From Mayamaea pseudoterrestris (Eukaryota): a stretch of 64,000 nt of DNA. The translations under genes were made by a program, and so were the position numbers. Location of the stretch: assembly GCA_027923505.1 (NCBI GenBank), contig BROI01000002.1:1922001-1986000 (forward strand), written 5' to 3'. Shown here piece after piece: positions 51,870 to 64,000 of this stretch (the stretch's first letter is position 1; every line of letters starts with the position of its first letter). The notes beneath the pieces were generated by a model, which saw only the letters and a list, made by a program, of their open reading frames with translations, did no database searches and was not told the DNA's origin.

Positions 51870-52736
51870 TTAGCCACTCCAATTCTGCTCTGACATCCAC
51901 TGCGAAATTCTGCTTCGCTGTTGATTTGAAAACCAAGTGCTGGCATCGCATGTTGCGAGCAGCATCCTCATATCAACATAATAGAATTCCGGGTTGTCAT
52001 TGTAATTTCGCTCAAGATCCTTGTAGCATTGACTGACGCAATTAAAAATTCGATTAGAGTCAATATTGTTTGGCTTGTTTTCGAGGTATCGAGAGATGAG
52101 CTGCGACAGCTTGACAACGGAGTGTCTATTATAACCATAATTCCCCACGAACAGTTTCGGAAGCACGTCGTTGTCATGGTACACGGCTGCGAGTTGGGCT
52201 TTGGCAGAAGCCTTGGATGCTTCGAGCTTCAGCTCCAAGTTTTTATTCGTCTTTGAAAGATTACTTTCGTTGGTTCTGGAAGTTGCCAATTCTTGTTTGG
52301 CAGCGTCCAGCTGCTGCCGAAGCGACTCACGCCCACTGCGAAGGCTTTCCAGCTGCTGCTTGAGTGCTGCTATTTCCTCAAGTAGCTTCTTTGAGCGGTC
52401 AACAAGAGCGCAACTATGCATGTGCGTGATCGCGTCGACGATACTGCCGGTCCAAGGGCATCCACGGTCGTGGTTTCCGCACTTGACGTTAATCTCACTC
52501 CAAACGCGATAAATTAGCGATCCAGACTGCAAGGCGGTTACATTTGCGTTATGGGTGCGACAACTCGGGCAAAATGGACCAGCAGTTTGTCGATGCATGG
52601 ACAGACATTCCTTACAAAATAAATGCTGGCAAGGCGTCAAGGATGGCTCCGCCGGAACATTCATGCAAATTGCGCAAGTCAAGTGAGCCGAGACGTCGTC
52701 AGGCTTCAATGGAACTGGAGTTTGATGATTGCTCAT
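51870..52736 (-). CDS. RING finger / TRAF-type zinc finger / coiled-coil protein, copy B
   Basis: Same architecture; shared C-terminal domain Y.Y.R.SVV.LSQ.ISR...KP..ID.N.I...MRMLL.TC.AS.WF. Confidence 0.85.
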   Translation of the reverse strand: MSNHQTPVPLKPDDVSAHLTCAICMNVPAEPSLTPCQHLFCKECLSMHRQTAGPFCPSCRTHNANVTALQSGSLIYRVWSEINVKCGNHDRGCPWTGSIVDAITHMHSCALVDRSKKLLEEIAALKQQLESLRSGRESLRQQLDAAKQELATSRTNESNLSKTNKNLELKLEASKASAKAQLAAVYHDNDVLPKLFVGNYGYNRHSVVKLSQLISRYLENKPNNIDSNRIFNCVSQCYKDLERNYNDNPEFYYVDMRMLLATCDASTWFSNQQRSRISQWMSEQNWSG

Positions 52737-53980
52737 GATGATGAGCTGATCGGCGCGCTTAATAATTGTTCAAACTCGAACGAGAATATTTATTTGACAA
52801 GAAACGACAGAGCACAAGGTGTTTGATTCTCCATGCTCGATACTGTTTTGGCGACGTGCGAACGAGAGGCGCGGCAGAGCGCGACATGACAATTCATACG
52901 CGCTTTCATATTAAAGTTAGCTACCTCATGCGTCCAACCAGTACTGTACAAGTTTGCTTTGTATCAGCTTTGGACTCATATTTCACACAGTATACATAGA
53001 AGCCTAAAGCATTGTCTTCTAGACGCTTACAGTTGTAGCGGACCTACACCTTCTGTTGGATCAGCTCACGAAGTATTGCATCGGGTCGGGATCATGGGCA
53101 AGAATGCAACAGTTGACTAACAGTTGCCGAGCCGGCGGATTTCCGCCACTCTCCCACAACTCCATCATTCGCGGAACGATATTCAGTTCAGGCTTCAAGT
53201 CTGATGACGTCCTTCTCATGGCAATGGTTACCGACTGCGGCGTTGAAACGTAAGCCAAATCTTGGATAACGCCAGCCCCGGTATAAGGACCATGTTCTCG
53301 TGTGAAGTCTGGGCTAGGTTCGTCGTGGTGCGCCATTGGTGCGCTGATATTTTGATCGTGGAGTCACGACGTCAATCTCTCAATCGTGCACGGTTAATCG
53401 TTTGACGAGAACGGGACCGCTCCCTTCATTTCAACCGCTGAACACTCTTTGCAAGCATGTCACTCCTCGATCAATGTTGCATCCGTCAGGCTCGACGTAT
53501 CAATGCCTGATTGCAGCACCATATACGGTATTGTATAAGGCAATCATCGACCATTCGTCATTGCCTCCCGGTATGCAGTTTGTGCTTGGTGCTATCTTTG
53601 TCACAATCCATCCAAGTTGAAGGTTCGACGAAAGATCCGAATACACTATGTGCATCAGTGTACTTTTATGTTCCAAGTGATAAAAGTTAACAACTTGAAG
53701 TTCTAAAGTGATATTCAATACTTCAAGGTGCACCTCAGATGTGAGTAAATTCGTTAGTCATGTATGCACGCATAAATTGTCAATTTGAATTGAAAACTCA
53801 CTTCACTTAACATTGTGGTTGAAGTTATCCCGATCAGATCCCATGGGGCGTCACAGCTTGCCGCTACGCTTATGAATCCACGTTTCGATGAGGCACGCAG
53901 CGATCAGGCCTCGTCCTGCAATGTGTACCTGCTTTAGTTATTGACTCTTGCTGTTACTAGAGTGAGCAGTTAATAGCAGA

Positions 53981-56551
53981 ATGTTCATGCCAAGGAAGGT
54001 GGACGACCATTCGGCGTTAGGAGACTCCACGCAAAGAGTCATGAGCGACTCGCGCAGCTCACGCAAGCAGCCAAGCGCGAAGCGATTGCTCAAACATCGT
54101 GCAAGTACTGGATTAAGTAGCACTGCAAATGATAGAAGCAATGAACAGCATCTTGAACGAGGAGTCTCGCTAATAGTCGTCTGTCTACTAATTGGCATGG
54201 TCGGACTCGGTGTTGGTGCGACCATCTTAGCGATTGACATTCCTGAGCAAGCGCAGGCGCAGTCAAATCGGTTCCATAAAGTCGCCGATGAAGCATTCTT
54301 ACGATTTAACGGAGCGCTTGACGAGTACAAAGTCAGCGGTCTTTGGCTGCACCAGGCGTGCCACGATAGGAGAATGCCGAATTCGCAATTTCGTGACTTG
54401 TATCGACATATAACCTGGACGGGCGTTGAATTTCTGGGCCTGGCATGTGGACTCAATGTTACGGCAAGTGAGCGGCGTTATTTTGAAAATCAAAGTAGGA
54501 AATATTTGGCAAAGCGGTTTCCAGAGTTTCAGTATCGGGGCTTTACAGGTGTCACCTATAATGACACGACGGGAAAGACCGAGTCCGTACCTATGCCGAA
54601 CGCAACCTCATATTTCGTGGCTCATTTTGTCGAGCCTTTGGAAAATCCTTACAATCAACGAACCGTCGATTTTGATATGAGCACTTCAAGCTACCACAGA
54701 GAAGTCATTACTCAGGCGCTGGTTTCGGGAAATTTTTCTGTGACGGGACGTTTGAGCTACCTCCCTCCACCCAGCGATCCTGCACATCCATACGAATATA
54801 GCCTCATGATGGCTCATCCTGGACTGCCTGCAAACATTGACGAGGCTACAGGTACTGGACCATACGGCGACGCTGCAATCCTTGTCGTGCGCTTCAACGC
54901 GCTGCTTGAAAAGGCATATAATGATTTTAGCATAAGCGAAGAAACGACGCTATATGTTTACGATTCGACTCCATCGATTATTGATAAAAAGGGCCAGCCT
55001 GTCTACTTGGGTGGCGCAAGGCTTGGGCCGAGCAAGCTGTCAATCATTGCGGAAGCAAATTATTCGAGTCTTTGGAGTACGCCCAGGCAAGACAAGATTG
55101 TATCATTTGCCGGTCGGCAATGGTCCGTCGTTGTAATAGCGCCGCCAACTGCATACAAGCCAAACTACTTCCTTGCTATTTTCGGGGCCTTGATGATTGT
55201 TGTAGCAAGCGCTTGTGCAGCCATGTGGATTTTTGCAAGAACAAGAGCCAAAGCTGAAAAAACAGCCATTTTACTTGACAGTGCTGAAAGGGCGGCTAGG
55301 GCGCAGCGAGAACTGAATGACTTCATTGCTCATGAGGTTCGAAATCCCTTGTCTGCGGCAATAAGTGCAAATGAGTTTGTTTCTTTAGCGGTGAACGAGA
55401 TCCAACCGCTCATGACTCCAGAGTCGAAGCAACTAGTTTGCGAGGATGTACTCGTCATTGGCAATAGTCTGCGGTATATCAACGATCTGCTAAGATCGAT
55501 GCTTGATTTCCACTGCGTCCTGAGCAATCAAATCAGCGTGCAGAGCAAACCCGTTGGTATACGGCACGACATTTTTGATCATGTTGCATCAATGCTCTAT
55601 CACCGCGGATGTGGCTTTGACGTCCTTGTTGACTGCCCTGAAGAGCTCGTGGTGATGTCAGATCCGCTGCGTTTAAAACAGATTGTTTTAAATCTTGCTG
55701 TGAACGCTACTAAATTTGTCACGAAAGGCTATGTCCGTCTGCGCGCAGAATTAAAAGACAACATTGTTCACTTGTATGTTGAAGATTCTGGGCCTGGCAT
55801 TCCGCTCGATAGAAGGGAGCAACTTTTTAATAAATTTCAGCCAAGCCTTGACTCATTAAGTCAAGGAACAGGAATTGGCTTGTCACTATCAAAGCATTTG
55901 ATGGAGCTAATGGATGGTGATATACGATTAGATGACACATATCGTAGTAGCATTGATGGCTGTCCTGGTTGCCGCTTTATAGTCAATCTTAAAACTCGCC
56001 CGGTGACCTTGGAGTCGTCAAGATTCTTGGAAGAGCTAAATGACGAAGAAGAAGGAATAAGAATTTTGTCGGCAGCTTCTGCGGCGATGAACAAACAGGA
56101 CAGCGGGCATCTGAAGGCGAGCTTACTTTCTGTTGACACGGCATTACCTGACACTCTATCAGCTCTCTTCGTCGATGATGACTTCATTCTTCGAAAATTA
56201 TTTGTTCGGTCGATTAAGCGCTGTCGACCAAATTGGGCAATTTGTGAGGCAGCCAGTGGCGAGGCCGCGCTGCAGCTCATCCAAGATCGCGGGCCTAACA
56301 ATACGTTTGATGTCGTATTTTTAGACCAGTACATGGCGAGCACACAGAAGCAGCTGCTAGGGACCGAGACAGTCCGCTTGCTCCGATCAAAGGGTGTGCA
56401 TTCTGTGATCTGCGGCCTTTCAGCCAACGACATTGAAAATCAGTTTGTAGAGGCAGGGGCCGATTGCTTCTCCATGAAGCCACTACCTTGTGACAATGAC
56501 AATCTTGTCGTTGAGCTGAAGCGTATTCTAAATAGCAGAGAGCGATCTTAA
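53981..56551 (+). CDS. Hybrid sensor histidine kinase (TM-CHASE-like-TM-HisKA-HATPase-REC)
   Basis: FIAHEVRNPL (H box), LKQIVLNL..NA.KF (N box), VEDSGPGI, GTGIGL; receiver motifs FVDDD, FLDQYM, KPL; extracytoplasmic domain with VEPLE.P.N...DFDM. Confidence 0.9.
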   Translation: MFMPRKVDDHSALGDSTQRVMSDSRSSRKQPSAKRLLKHRASTGLSSTANDRSNEQHLERGVSLIVVCLLIGMVGLGVGATILAIDIPEQAQAQSNRFHKVADEAFLRFNGALDEYKVSGLWLHQACHDRRMPNSQFRDLYRHITWTGVEFLGLACGLNVTASERRYFENQSRKYLAKRFPEFQYRGFTGVTYNDTTGKTESVPMPNATSYFVAHFVEPLENPYNQRTVDFDMSTSSYHREVITQALVSGNFSVTGRLSYLPPPSDPAHPYEYSLMMAHPGLPANIDEATGTGPYGDAAILVVRFNALLEKAYNDFSISEETTLYVYDSTPSIIDKKGQPVYLGGARLGPSKLSIIAEANYSSLWSTPRQDKIVSFAGRQWSVVVIAPPTAYKPNYFLAIFGALMIVVASACAAMWIFARTRAKAEKTAILLDSAERAARAQRELNDFIAHEVRNPLSAAISANEFVSLAVNEIQPLMTPESKQLVCEDVLVIGNSLRYINDLLRSMLDFHCVLSNQISVQSKPVGIRHDIFDHVASMLYHRGCGFDVLVDCPEELVVMSDPLRLKQIVLNLAVNATKFVTKGYVRLRAELKDNIVHLYVEDSGPGIPLDRREQLFNKFQPSLDSLSQGTGIGLSLSKHLMELMDGDIRLDDTYRSSIDGCPGCRFIVNLKTRPVTLESSRFLEELNDEEEGIRILSAASAAMNKQDSGHLKASLLSVDTALPDTLSALFVDDDFILRKLFVRSIKRCRPNWAICEAASGEAALQLIQDRGPNNTFDVVFLDQYMASTQKQLLGTETVRLLRSKGVHSVICGLSANDIENQFVEAGADCFSMKPLPCDNDNLVVELKRILNSRERS

Positions 56552-56911
56552 AAAAATGCGCAGCGGACGATTATGTACCGCTAGAATGGTAGAACACGCA
56601 GCCTGCGTGCTGCATATGGGTTATGTACAGCATTATGTGTTTTAGTTCCAAGTTCTCGGATTGAAGTCAAGCACAGCGAATAGACTTGCTTGGATTGCTT
56701 ATGTAACCAGCGAGCTATCGATATCGGTTACAGACATTTTAGATTCTTGCTAGTGAATTGGCTCAACTTTTAACAAGGGCATCCGTCGCAGTCGACTTTT
56801 CCTAGCTATCTGCGTTATAATATAATCATATAAAGATAATTCATTGATTACGCAACTTTCTACCATGAGCGATGCAATATACGGTTCTGCAGGCATAATC
56901 GAGTCTTTTCT

Positions 56912-59551
56912 TTACGAATCAACTTCCATATTCGTTGCGTCGACATTTTCCGCCGCCGGCGCGAAATCCTCGCTCTCCTTCTCGACACCTTCCATTGGTT
57001 CTTCGGCGCTCTGGGCCGCTGGCGGATCTTCCTTCTTTGGCTCCGGTTCCTTCTTTGGTAACGGCTTTGGTTTATTCATGACTGGCGAGCATACCTTGAC
57101 CAATTCGCTGTTCTTGGACTTCAAGTCAGCTGTAGTAAGGACGGGGTCTTGGTGTAAGCCGAGACTACCTTGCTTGTCAAGCATCTCGTACATCCAGCCG
57201 CTCGTGCTATCCACCACTGCGCGGACCTTCTCGCGCTCTTCGTCAGTAATATGAGCATAGTTCTCATCTGCCTGCGCGTTGTTAACCCAATTCTGGTACT
57301 TGTCCAAGTTGCCCTTGAGTGCTTCGACACAAGCAGAGCGAGCTTGGGCCTCCACCTGCCGTCGCTCAATCGGACTACCAAGCTTCTTCAGCTCCTCAAG
57401 CTTGTCGGCATATACCTTTTTCGTTCCATCGAAGCCATCCTCGTACAACCAATTTTCCATAGCCTCATTGGCTTGTTGAAAGGCCGCCTTCTCGTCTGAA
57501 GTTCCGTACAAGCCCAAATGATTGTCAGAAATAATCTTGTCGCGCATGTCATAAATGTATGACTCTAGCTCGTTCCGCATGTCAGCAGTCTCCTTGATGA
57601 TGCGATCGTTGTTCGCCATTTCAACCACCATCTCGTTGATTTTGGTCATCTCCGACTTGGTAAAGCTGAGCGGGCGAATCGTCGTAAAGTCCAAGTTCGT
57701 CTTCCTAATCTTTTTCTTCTTCTTCGCTTCCTCCTCGCCCTCCAGTGCGTCTCCGCCGGCAGGATTTTCTTCCGGCTCGTCTTCAATCTCCTCCACCATT
57801 TGCGCCGAGCTCAAGTGGATGATGCCATGAATATCCTCCTTGATATTGACGCGAACCTTGTTGTCCGCTCCAGCAATTCCCTTGATGGTAAAGTCGGCAA
57901 TCGACTCGGGCTGGGCGAGTCCGTACTCCTGCGCGCTTGGCGCGTAACTCGCGTGAACAGCAAACTCTCCAGCGCGGCGCAAGGTGACCCGACGAACGAT
58001 AGGAAAGTTGAGACCACGATCGAACATGATGACTGAATCAGAGGCCGTCTCGACACCATTCTCGTCAACCTCCATTCCGCTAGTCTCTCCTTCCGCTTCC
58101 TGCCAAGAAATCTTGATCGGATATGGCTGCGCTTCAATAATCTCATACGGCAACACTTTGAATCGGGGCGACAAAATAGCCGACTGCAAGGCAGCACCAC
58201 GAGCAACTGCTTCGTCCGCATTCATCGTCGTCGAAAGCGTCAAGCCAAGAACCTCCTGCAGCTTGCGCTTGACGCAACCAATGCGCGACGTTCCACCAAC
58301 GATTTCCACCGAGCTCAAGTCGGACGTTTGGATCTTGGCCTCGTCGAGCGCCTTTTGAATGGGACCAGCCAAGCGAGCAAGCAGTGGCTCGCAGAGCTCC
58401 TCGTATTCAGCCGCCTGCAAGTTAACGTGAAAATCATAGTCGTCCATGAGCATCTCCAAGTCCATGTGCGCCTCCTTGACTCCGCTCGGCGACAAAGTCT
58501 TCTTGGCCTTTTCGGCCGCCGTCAAGAGCTTGATCAGGGTCCGAGGATTGTCCATGGGCTCGCCCGAAAGCTTGCTTCCATACTTTGCCTTGAACTGCTG
58601 GGCAATCCACTTGGCAATGGCATGGTCAAAGTCGCGTCCGCCCACGTCCGCATCGCAAAAGGCGCTCTTGACAGTGAGCTTGCCCGGCTCGTAGGCGACA
58701 ACGCTGACCGTGTAAGCCGATGCTCCAAAGTCAATAAACAAAACATTCGTCGGCGCCTCCTTGCCAGCAAATTCCTTCTTCAAGTCCTTGAAAATGCCAT
58801 ACGCAAGCGCCGTGGCCGTATTTTCGTGCATGAGACGCTGCACGCCCGAAATGCCAACCATTTCGCATCCATCCAAAACGGCGCGACGCTGGGCATCCGT
58901 ATAGTAATTGGGAATGGCAATGACCCAATCTTGCGGCAATAACTGATCCAAGGACGCAAACTTGTTCGCATCGCTGGAATCCGCCACCGCCTTTTCCGCC
59001 GCAATGTATCCCATGTGCTTGACCATCATGCCCAACACACTTTCCACCGGCAAGACTTGCTCATCGCCTCCATTCAACGAAATCTTGACTCCAATCGACG
59101 CAGGTCCATGAGCGCGTGCATATGGAGCAAACTTGACGGGAACGCGGGCCATTTCGCGCTGGGCGCGAGCGTCGTCGTAGGCCAAACCAACCAAGCGCTT
59201 AATGCCAAAGACCGTTTGCTTGTAGTTGCTAGCCGCGCCCGTCGATGCTTGCTCGCCGAGTTTGCGGCTTGTATCGAAACCAACCATGGTACTGTAATAT
59301 ATAGATGTGAGCAAGAGAGTGAGAGGTTATGGAGAGTGAAATGAAACGAGAACAAAGATACAGACGCTCATACGGAACAAGATTCAAGCGCAGTCTCGTC
59401 TACAATCCTCTCTGCAGCACTCGCTTTCGAATCGCACTTACGGATTCAATCGATTCGAGTTGCCGTTCAAAATAACGTCAACGCCTCCGCGGCCAGCGGC
59501 CGCAATCACAGAGTATTGGAACCCCAAGTCAATGCCCACGACGCTCGTCAT
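56912..59551 (-). CDS. Hsp110/SSE-type Hsp70-family chaperone; intron 59292-59441
   Basis: Exon 1 MTSVVGIDLG...GGVDVILN..SNRLNP; TATALAYGI, GGRDFD, NADEAVARGAALQSAILSP.F.V, RNELESYIY, ENWLYEDG; ends MEVDS. Confidence 0.93.
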
Positions 59552-60139
59552 GATGAAAGATTGCTAGGGAAATTGTTCGTTTTAAATGGATCAAAGGAAA
59601 GCTGTGATATGATCAACGTGCAGTCACTTCGAGTAGACACGTTCGTCTATACAATTGCACTGGTAGTAGATTTGTGCAGGCTCCAAGTCAAGTCGTTCAC
59701 GCGAACTGTTTAATGGTGCAATGGTGGTGTTGTGCGAAGACGAACAAGGCAACCAACGGCGCGGCGAGGATCGCGCCATGTGGAAGGGCCACGAGGGCTT
59801 CCACGTGGAGAATGATGAATGTGACGTCATGGCATGTGAGGTCGGAACGTTACTCACTGTGACGCAATCGAGCTATGAACGTGCACCGCGTGGAGAGCTA
59901 GTTGTTGGCTTTTCCATAGCCAAGCGGCAGGTTAACATCGTATGCATCTACTTTATGTGGTGTAACTAGATAACTTATTGTTATAGTTGTCGTCAAATTT
60001 CAGGAGTAAGAGGATTGAGTGTTGCTGCGTATTTGCAGCAATGAAATGTCAAGCGTCACGTGATTTCCATAGTAACATTTAGCAAGCCCTCGTTGCGCTC
60101 AAAGTTTCAATCTTTTAAGTCTCATAAGCACGCATCGCA

Positions 60140-62545
60140 TCATTGAACGCACGAGGCTTGCAACTCCTGCATGCGTTGTGCGGTTCGTCTTAAAATGTTT
60201 GCATCCACCGTCTTCCATCCCGTCAAGCTCGGATGCAGAAACGGCGTATAAATAATGGTGCCGTTTGGATTTAGCATGGCAGGAATAAAGGAAAAGCTGC
60301 TTTTTGACAAGACGACATAGTCAGCTGTCATGATTGTTTTCCAGACTTGAGCCAAATCGGTGTCCAACTGGACCGAGTAATTTCGGGCTCGAAAATCGTC
60401 AAACGATTCGAACGCATTCAACTCGGAAAAGACAACCACGGATGTATTAGGTGGAACGTATCGCGCCGCAACGTCTAAATAGTGGGAGTTTGGCAGGTAT
60501 CTGTTTGCGTACTTCCCGCATGGCGAAACATCACCTCGGCGAACATGCATGGCGACGCCGAATCTACCGGTAGCGTCGGGATATTTAATCTTGCTGTGTA
60601 GCGAGGCGAGATAATGCATGTTCCATAAGGTTGCTTTTTCCGCAAAGTAAACCTTCCGATCGATAACAGGAGTCGTATGCATACTGATTGTTTCTGGGCA
60701 TTGGAATCGCAAAATGTCGTCCATTCCAATTGCTTTAATGAGGTTCAAAGTCTCATTTAAGTATTGGTCGTGTGCATCTCCACAGGCGCCTCCATAAGTC
60801 AGTCCATGGGCGAATGCAAAAGCATGAGCTAGCAGCATATCCGCAATGGCTGCTCCAGACCGATCGGAACGAGCCTTCGAGTAGAATGAGCTGCCTGCGA
60901 CAAGTCCATGAGATGCCGTGGCAATAGCAGACGTACTATCCTTAACTTTGTCGTTCGTGTCATCTGCCGATTCGGAAAAAGAATCATCGTCTCTTTTATT
61001 AACATCATCTTGATTATTACCATTACCATCTTCTTCTTCTTCTTCACCGTCGTCGTCGTCGTCGTCATCATCATCTTCACTGACTTGTGATACACCGCCC
61101 GGTGGCCACTCCGACGGAATCGACCGTGGATCAGCATAGCGATTTGCATGAGCTAACGCAGGTCGCCAACCACTGGTTCGTCCAACACCTTCCAACAGGC
61201 GAACTGCTTCTTTCTCGCCAACCAACGACACAAACCCCTTGATCCACGGTCGCAAGTCATCCGCATGTTCCACAAACTCTCCAATGTACCTTTCGTAGCG
61301 CCCGTTGCGTCCCTTGTTTTTGGCTTGCGACGACCACCTTGCATCGTCACGAAAGTGAAACTGCTCGGGCGTGCCCATGTAGTGGTAAATCTGCAGCAAG
61401 CTGTTTCGTCGATGCCAAGTGGCGCCAACGTTTCCGCAATGCTTCGGCAAAACTCTGTGCTGGTAGGTGGTTTCGGACGGAACGTCGCTAGCTGTAATAG
61501 CCGATAGATCGGCAATATTCTTGGGACCTATAAGGTCGGCCGCTGCCTTGAGCCATCGAAAGGTTAAAAAGTCAGACGCATTCAAGTATGCAGGAACATT
61601 GTATTGTACTTGCTGCAATTCTGATTCATCCGGAGCAAACTGCAGACGTCCCATGGAGTGACACACCGTCTCGGGATGCACTTTTTGCTCATTCTCCAAA
61701 AAGGCCAGGAGCGATCCAGGTTGATCAAGAGGCGGCCGATATTCTCGAAATAGCTTCGAGTCTCTTTGTTGGGTGCGTCGGTTCAGTACGATAAATTCAT
61801 CCGTATCAATAAACAGAGTCCATTTAGTGCTTGACCGCAGCTTGAGCGTTTGCATGCACTTTGCCAAAAAGGTTTGCTGTCGGGCAAGATTGATCTCCTG
61901 CAAGTTTCCATTTGGAACTTGCGTAAAATAGTGTGAATCGTTCCAAAGCTCAAACTCGATGCGTCCCTGGTAGCGATCCAAAATGTCAATGGGAGACGTT
62001 TTACTGCGCTCGTCAATGGCAATGATCATGTTCCGCAAATTGATTGTCGTGTAGTGATAGGCGACTGAATCGAGGAAAGGAAATTGCATTTGCATGAGTG
62101 TATCAGTGGGAATTCGGGATGGCATGAGTGATGATTAATCATCCAATACATAATATTTTCGTTTCAGTTACTTACGCCATTCGACAAGCCAGTGATTGTC
62201 GTCCATAATGAGCATGCAGGCAGACGCCGATGAATTCGTCATGGGTTTAATGAGTTTTGGTTCTTCGTCGATATTGTCTCGCCGTTGTTGTATGTTTGCA
62301 TGTCCATCGCTAACACTGAAACTATTTGCCAATGATCGAGACTCTCCTCTGAATAGCGCCTGCCGAGACGAAGAAACATCGGGAAAGAATCTGATGGTCG
62401 ACTCGCTTGCAGCCCGATGATGCAGTTGAAGCGTGAGTCCAATCGAGAAGGCGACGGCAAATGCACCAATTGCTATTATGCAAATTATAAAACCATTTTT
62501 CGAGCATCGATGAGTCGGTCTTCTTCTTAACAAGCTATATCGCAT
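60140..62545 (-). CDS. Two-domain glycosyltransferase-like protein (GT-A/GT92-like plus GT11-like); intron 62065-62175
   Basis: TM anchor; spliced SACMLIMDDNHWLVEWLAYHY; WTLFIDTDEF (DXD); acidic linker; second domain VAMHVRRGDV, VVFSE, ADYVVLSKSSFS. Confidence 0.75.
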
Positions 62546-62829
62546 GATGCTGCAGTCAGATTGTTCTGTTACTTGGACAGGCGAGACCGGTAAAGGTAGT
62601 TGTGGATCGACGATTTGCGTGTCGGTCGGTCGAGGTGCAAGCGTCAGTACCGTTACGACCTCATTGGCGAGAAATACTTCAGCACTAACAAAGCTAAACG
62701 TTTTGTACTTTTCATATGCGCGAAACAAACGACAACAACGACTCTTTTTCACAACCTCCATGTCCTCCATAGCCTGCACTCACAACTTTCGTTACTATAT
62801 ATTCATAACGAGAAGCGAGGCAATAAAAC

Positions 62830-64000
62830 ATGCGAATAGCAAGAGCCAAACGAGCCAGAATGAATGGCTACTATTGGGCCTTGATTGGCATCTTTTTCTA
62901 CCACTCGCTACACGTAATCTTGCTGCCAGAGTCGTCATTCGACGGCTGCAATCATGGCTTCGACCAACAGCCGTCATCATCCACTAGTATACTATCAAGT
63001 AATCCATTTTCATCTTTACTCGCAGGCAGTAATGCGGCGCAAATTGGTTCGCGCAAAACGCTCAGCGAGTTTCTGCCGCCAAACAATTCGCCAATGGCTC
63101 GTCGACCCGACTACAACTGCACACGATGGAATACGACCTACGTGTTTCCGCAAGCACCAAGTTTCATCAGTACGTATACGAGATGAATGAATGGATGTTA
63201 ATGAAGCTTGCATATGAATCTTACCTTCGTTCCACGCCTTACCATCCTCTTTCGCACCTTTTTCGCAGTCATTGGCACGCAAAAAGGTGGCACCTCTGCC
63301 TTATCGGCACTGCTCGACCAACATCCATGGATGGAATCGAGTCATTACTTTGAACCACACTTTTTTGACTTTAACGAAGTCATGCTGCACTACCGACAGC
63401 GTCTTCATGAAGAGGAAGCCGTTTGCAAAGTCCTTCGAACATATCTGCAGAAAAACTTTAACTTGAAGCGACTCAAAAAGTACCCCAATCTACTGGCCTT
63501 TGAAAAGACTCCGTCCTACGTACTGACACCTAATGCACCCGCTCGCATAAAGACGATTGTTCCCTGGGCCAAGATTATTGTCACGCTCCGCGATCCGGTC
63601 GATCGACTCTTGTCGCAACATAAAATGACAGTCATGCGCAAGTGGGAGAATCGAACCTTTGAGGAAACACTAGCCGAAGACATTAACGTCATGCGACATG
63701 AAGGCTACCATATTCCACTCGATGATCCGGTGAATGCCACCATGTTGGCGCCAATCAGACCGGGTGCACGAGTCTTGAGAAAGTACAAGACGGAGGGAAT
63801 GCTGTACCGAGGATGCTACGCACGGCAACTACTGCCGTGGCTGGAGCAGTACACGCTGGGGACGGAGCTATTGGTGATTCGATACGAGGAAATGAAGTCG
63901 GATCCAACCAAGGCTTTGAATCGCGTCTTGGATTTTGTCGGAGCACCGCGGTATGAGTTTCCGGCGGATGCCATTAACAAGAGTTACAGCCCAAAGAGCA
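62830..64000 (+). CDS. Golgi-type sulfotransferase (heparan-sulfate ST-like fold), partial; intron 63170-63268
   Basis: Spliced PSFIIIGTQKGGTSAL (5'-PAPS-binding motif), EPHFF, FEKTPSY, KIIVTLRDPVDR (3'-phosphate-binding motif); open to the window end. Confidence 0.88.

Noticed and set aside
53050..53740. Short ORFs that might be a decayed gene
   Set aside because: Multiple stops and no recognisable motif; a pseudogene call cannot be supported.
61021..61080. (TTC)n/(GTC)n trinucleotide runs
   Set aside because: These simply encode the poly-Asp/Glu linker of the glycosyltransferase.

Overview
Gene-dense eukaryotic nuclear DNA with short GT-AG introns (about 60-150 nt). It is most likely from a diatom, judging by bipartite plastid-targeting N-termini, a PyShell-like gene, a silaffin-like gene and a CoDi-type copia element; the species cannot be determined from the window. 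It holds about 35 protein genes, several tandem paralog pairs and two mobile elements. Highlights: (1) The 5' part of a Ty1/copia LTR retrotransposon (1-2082, minus) has no tRNA-type primer-binding site. Instead its PBS position is a perfect 15-nt complement of a segment in its own LTR, suggesting Tf1-like self-priming. (2) A 2107-bp element with ~80-bp terminal inverted repeats and a TA duplication splits the coding sequence of the exosome nuclease DIS3/RRP44; removing it restores the frame exactly. (3) A silaffin-like RXL/KXXK secreted protein sits next to a run of Golgi-type genes: two GnT-I, a beta-propeller glyco-enzyme, a TVP15-like protein and four sulfotransferase-like domains. (4) A PyShell-like pyrenoid protein carries an M[DG]YR-repeat extension. 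(5) A two-domain glycosyltransferase is paired head-to-head with a sulfotransferase. All family calls come from motif recognition by eye; no database searches were run.
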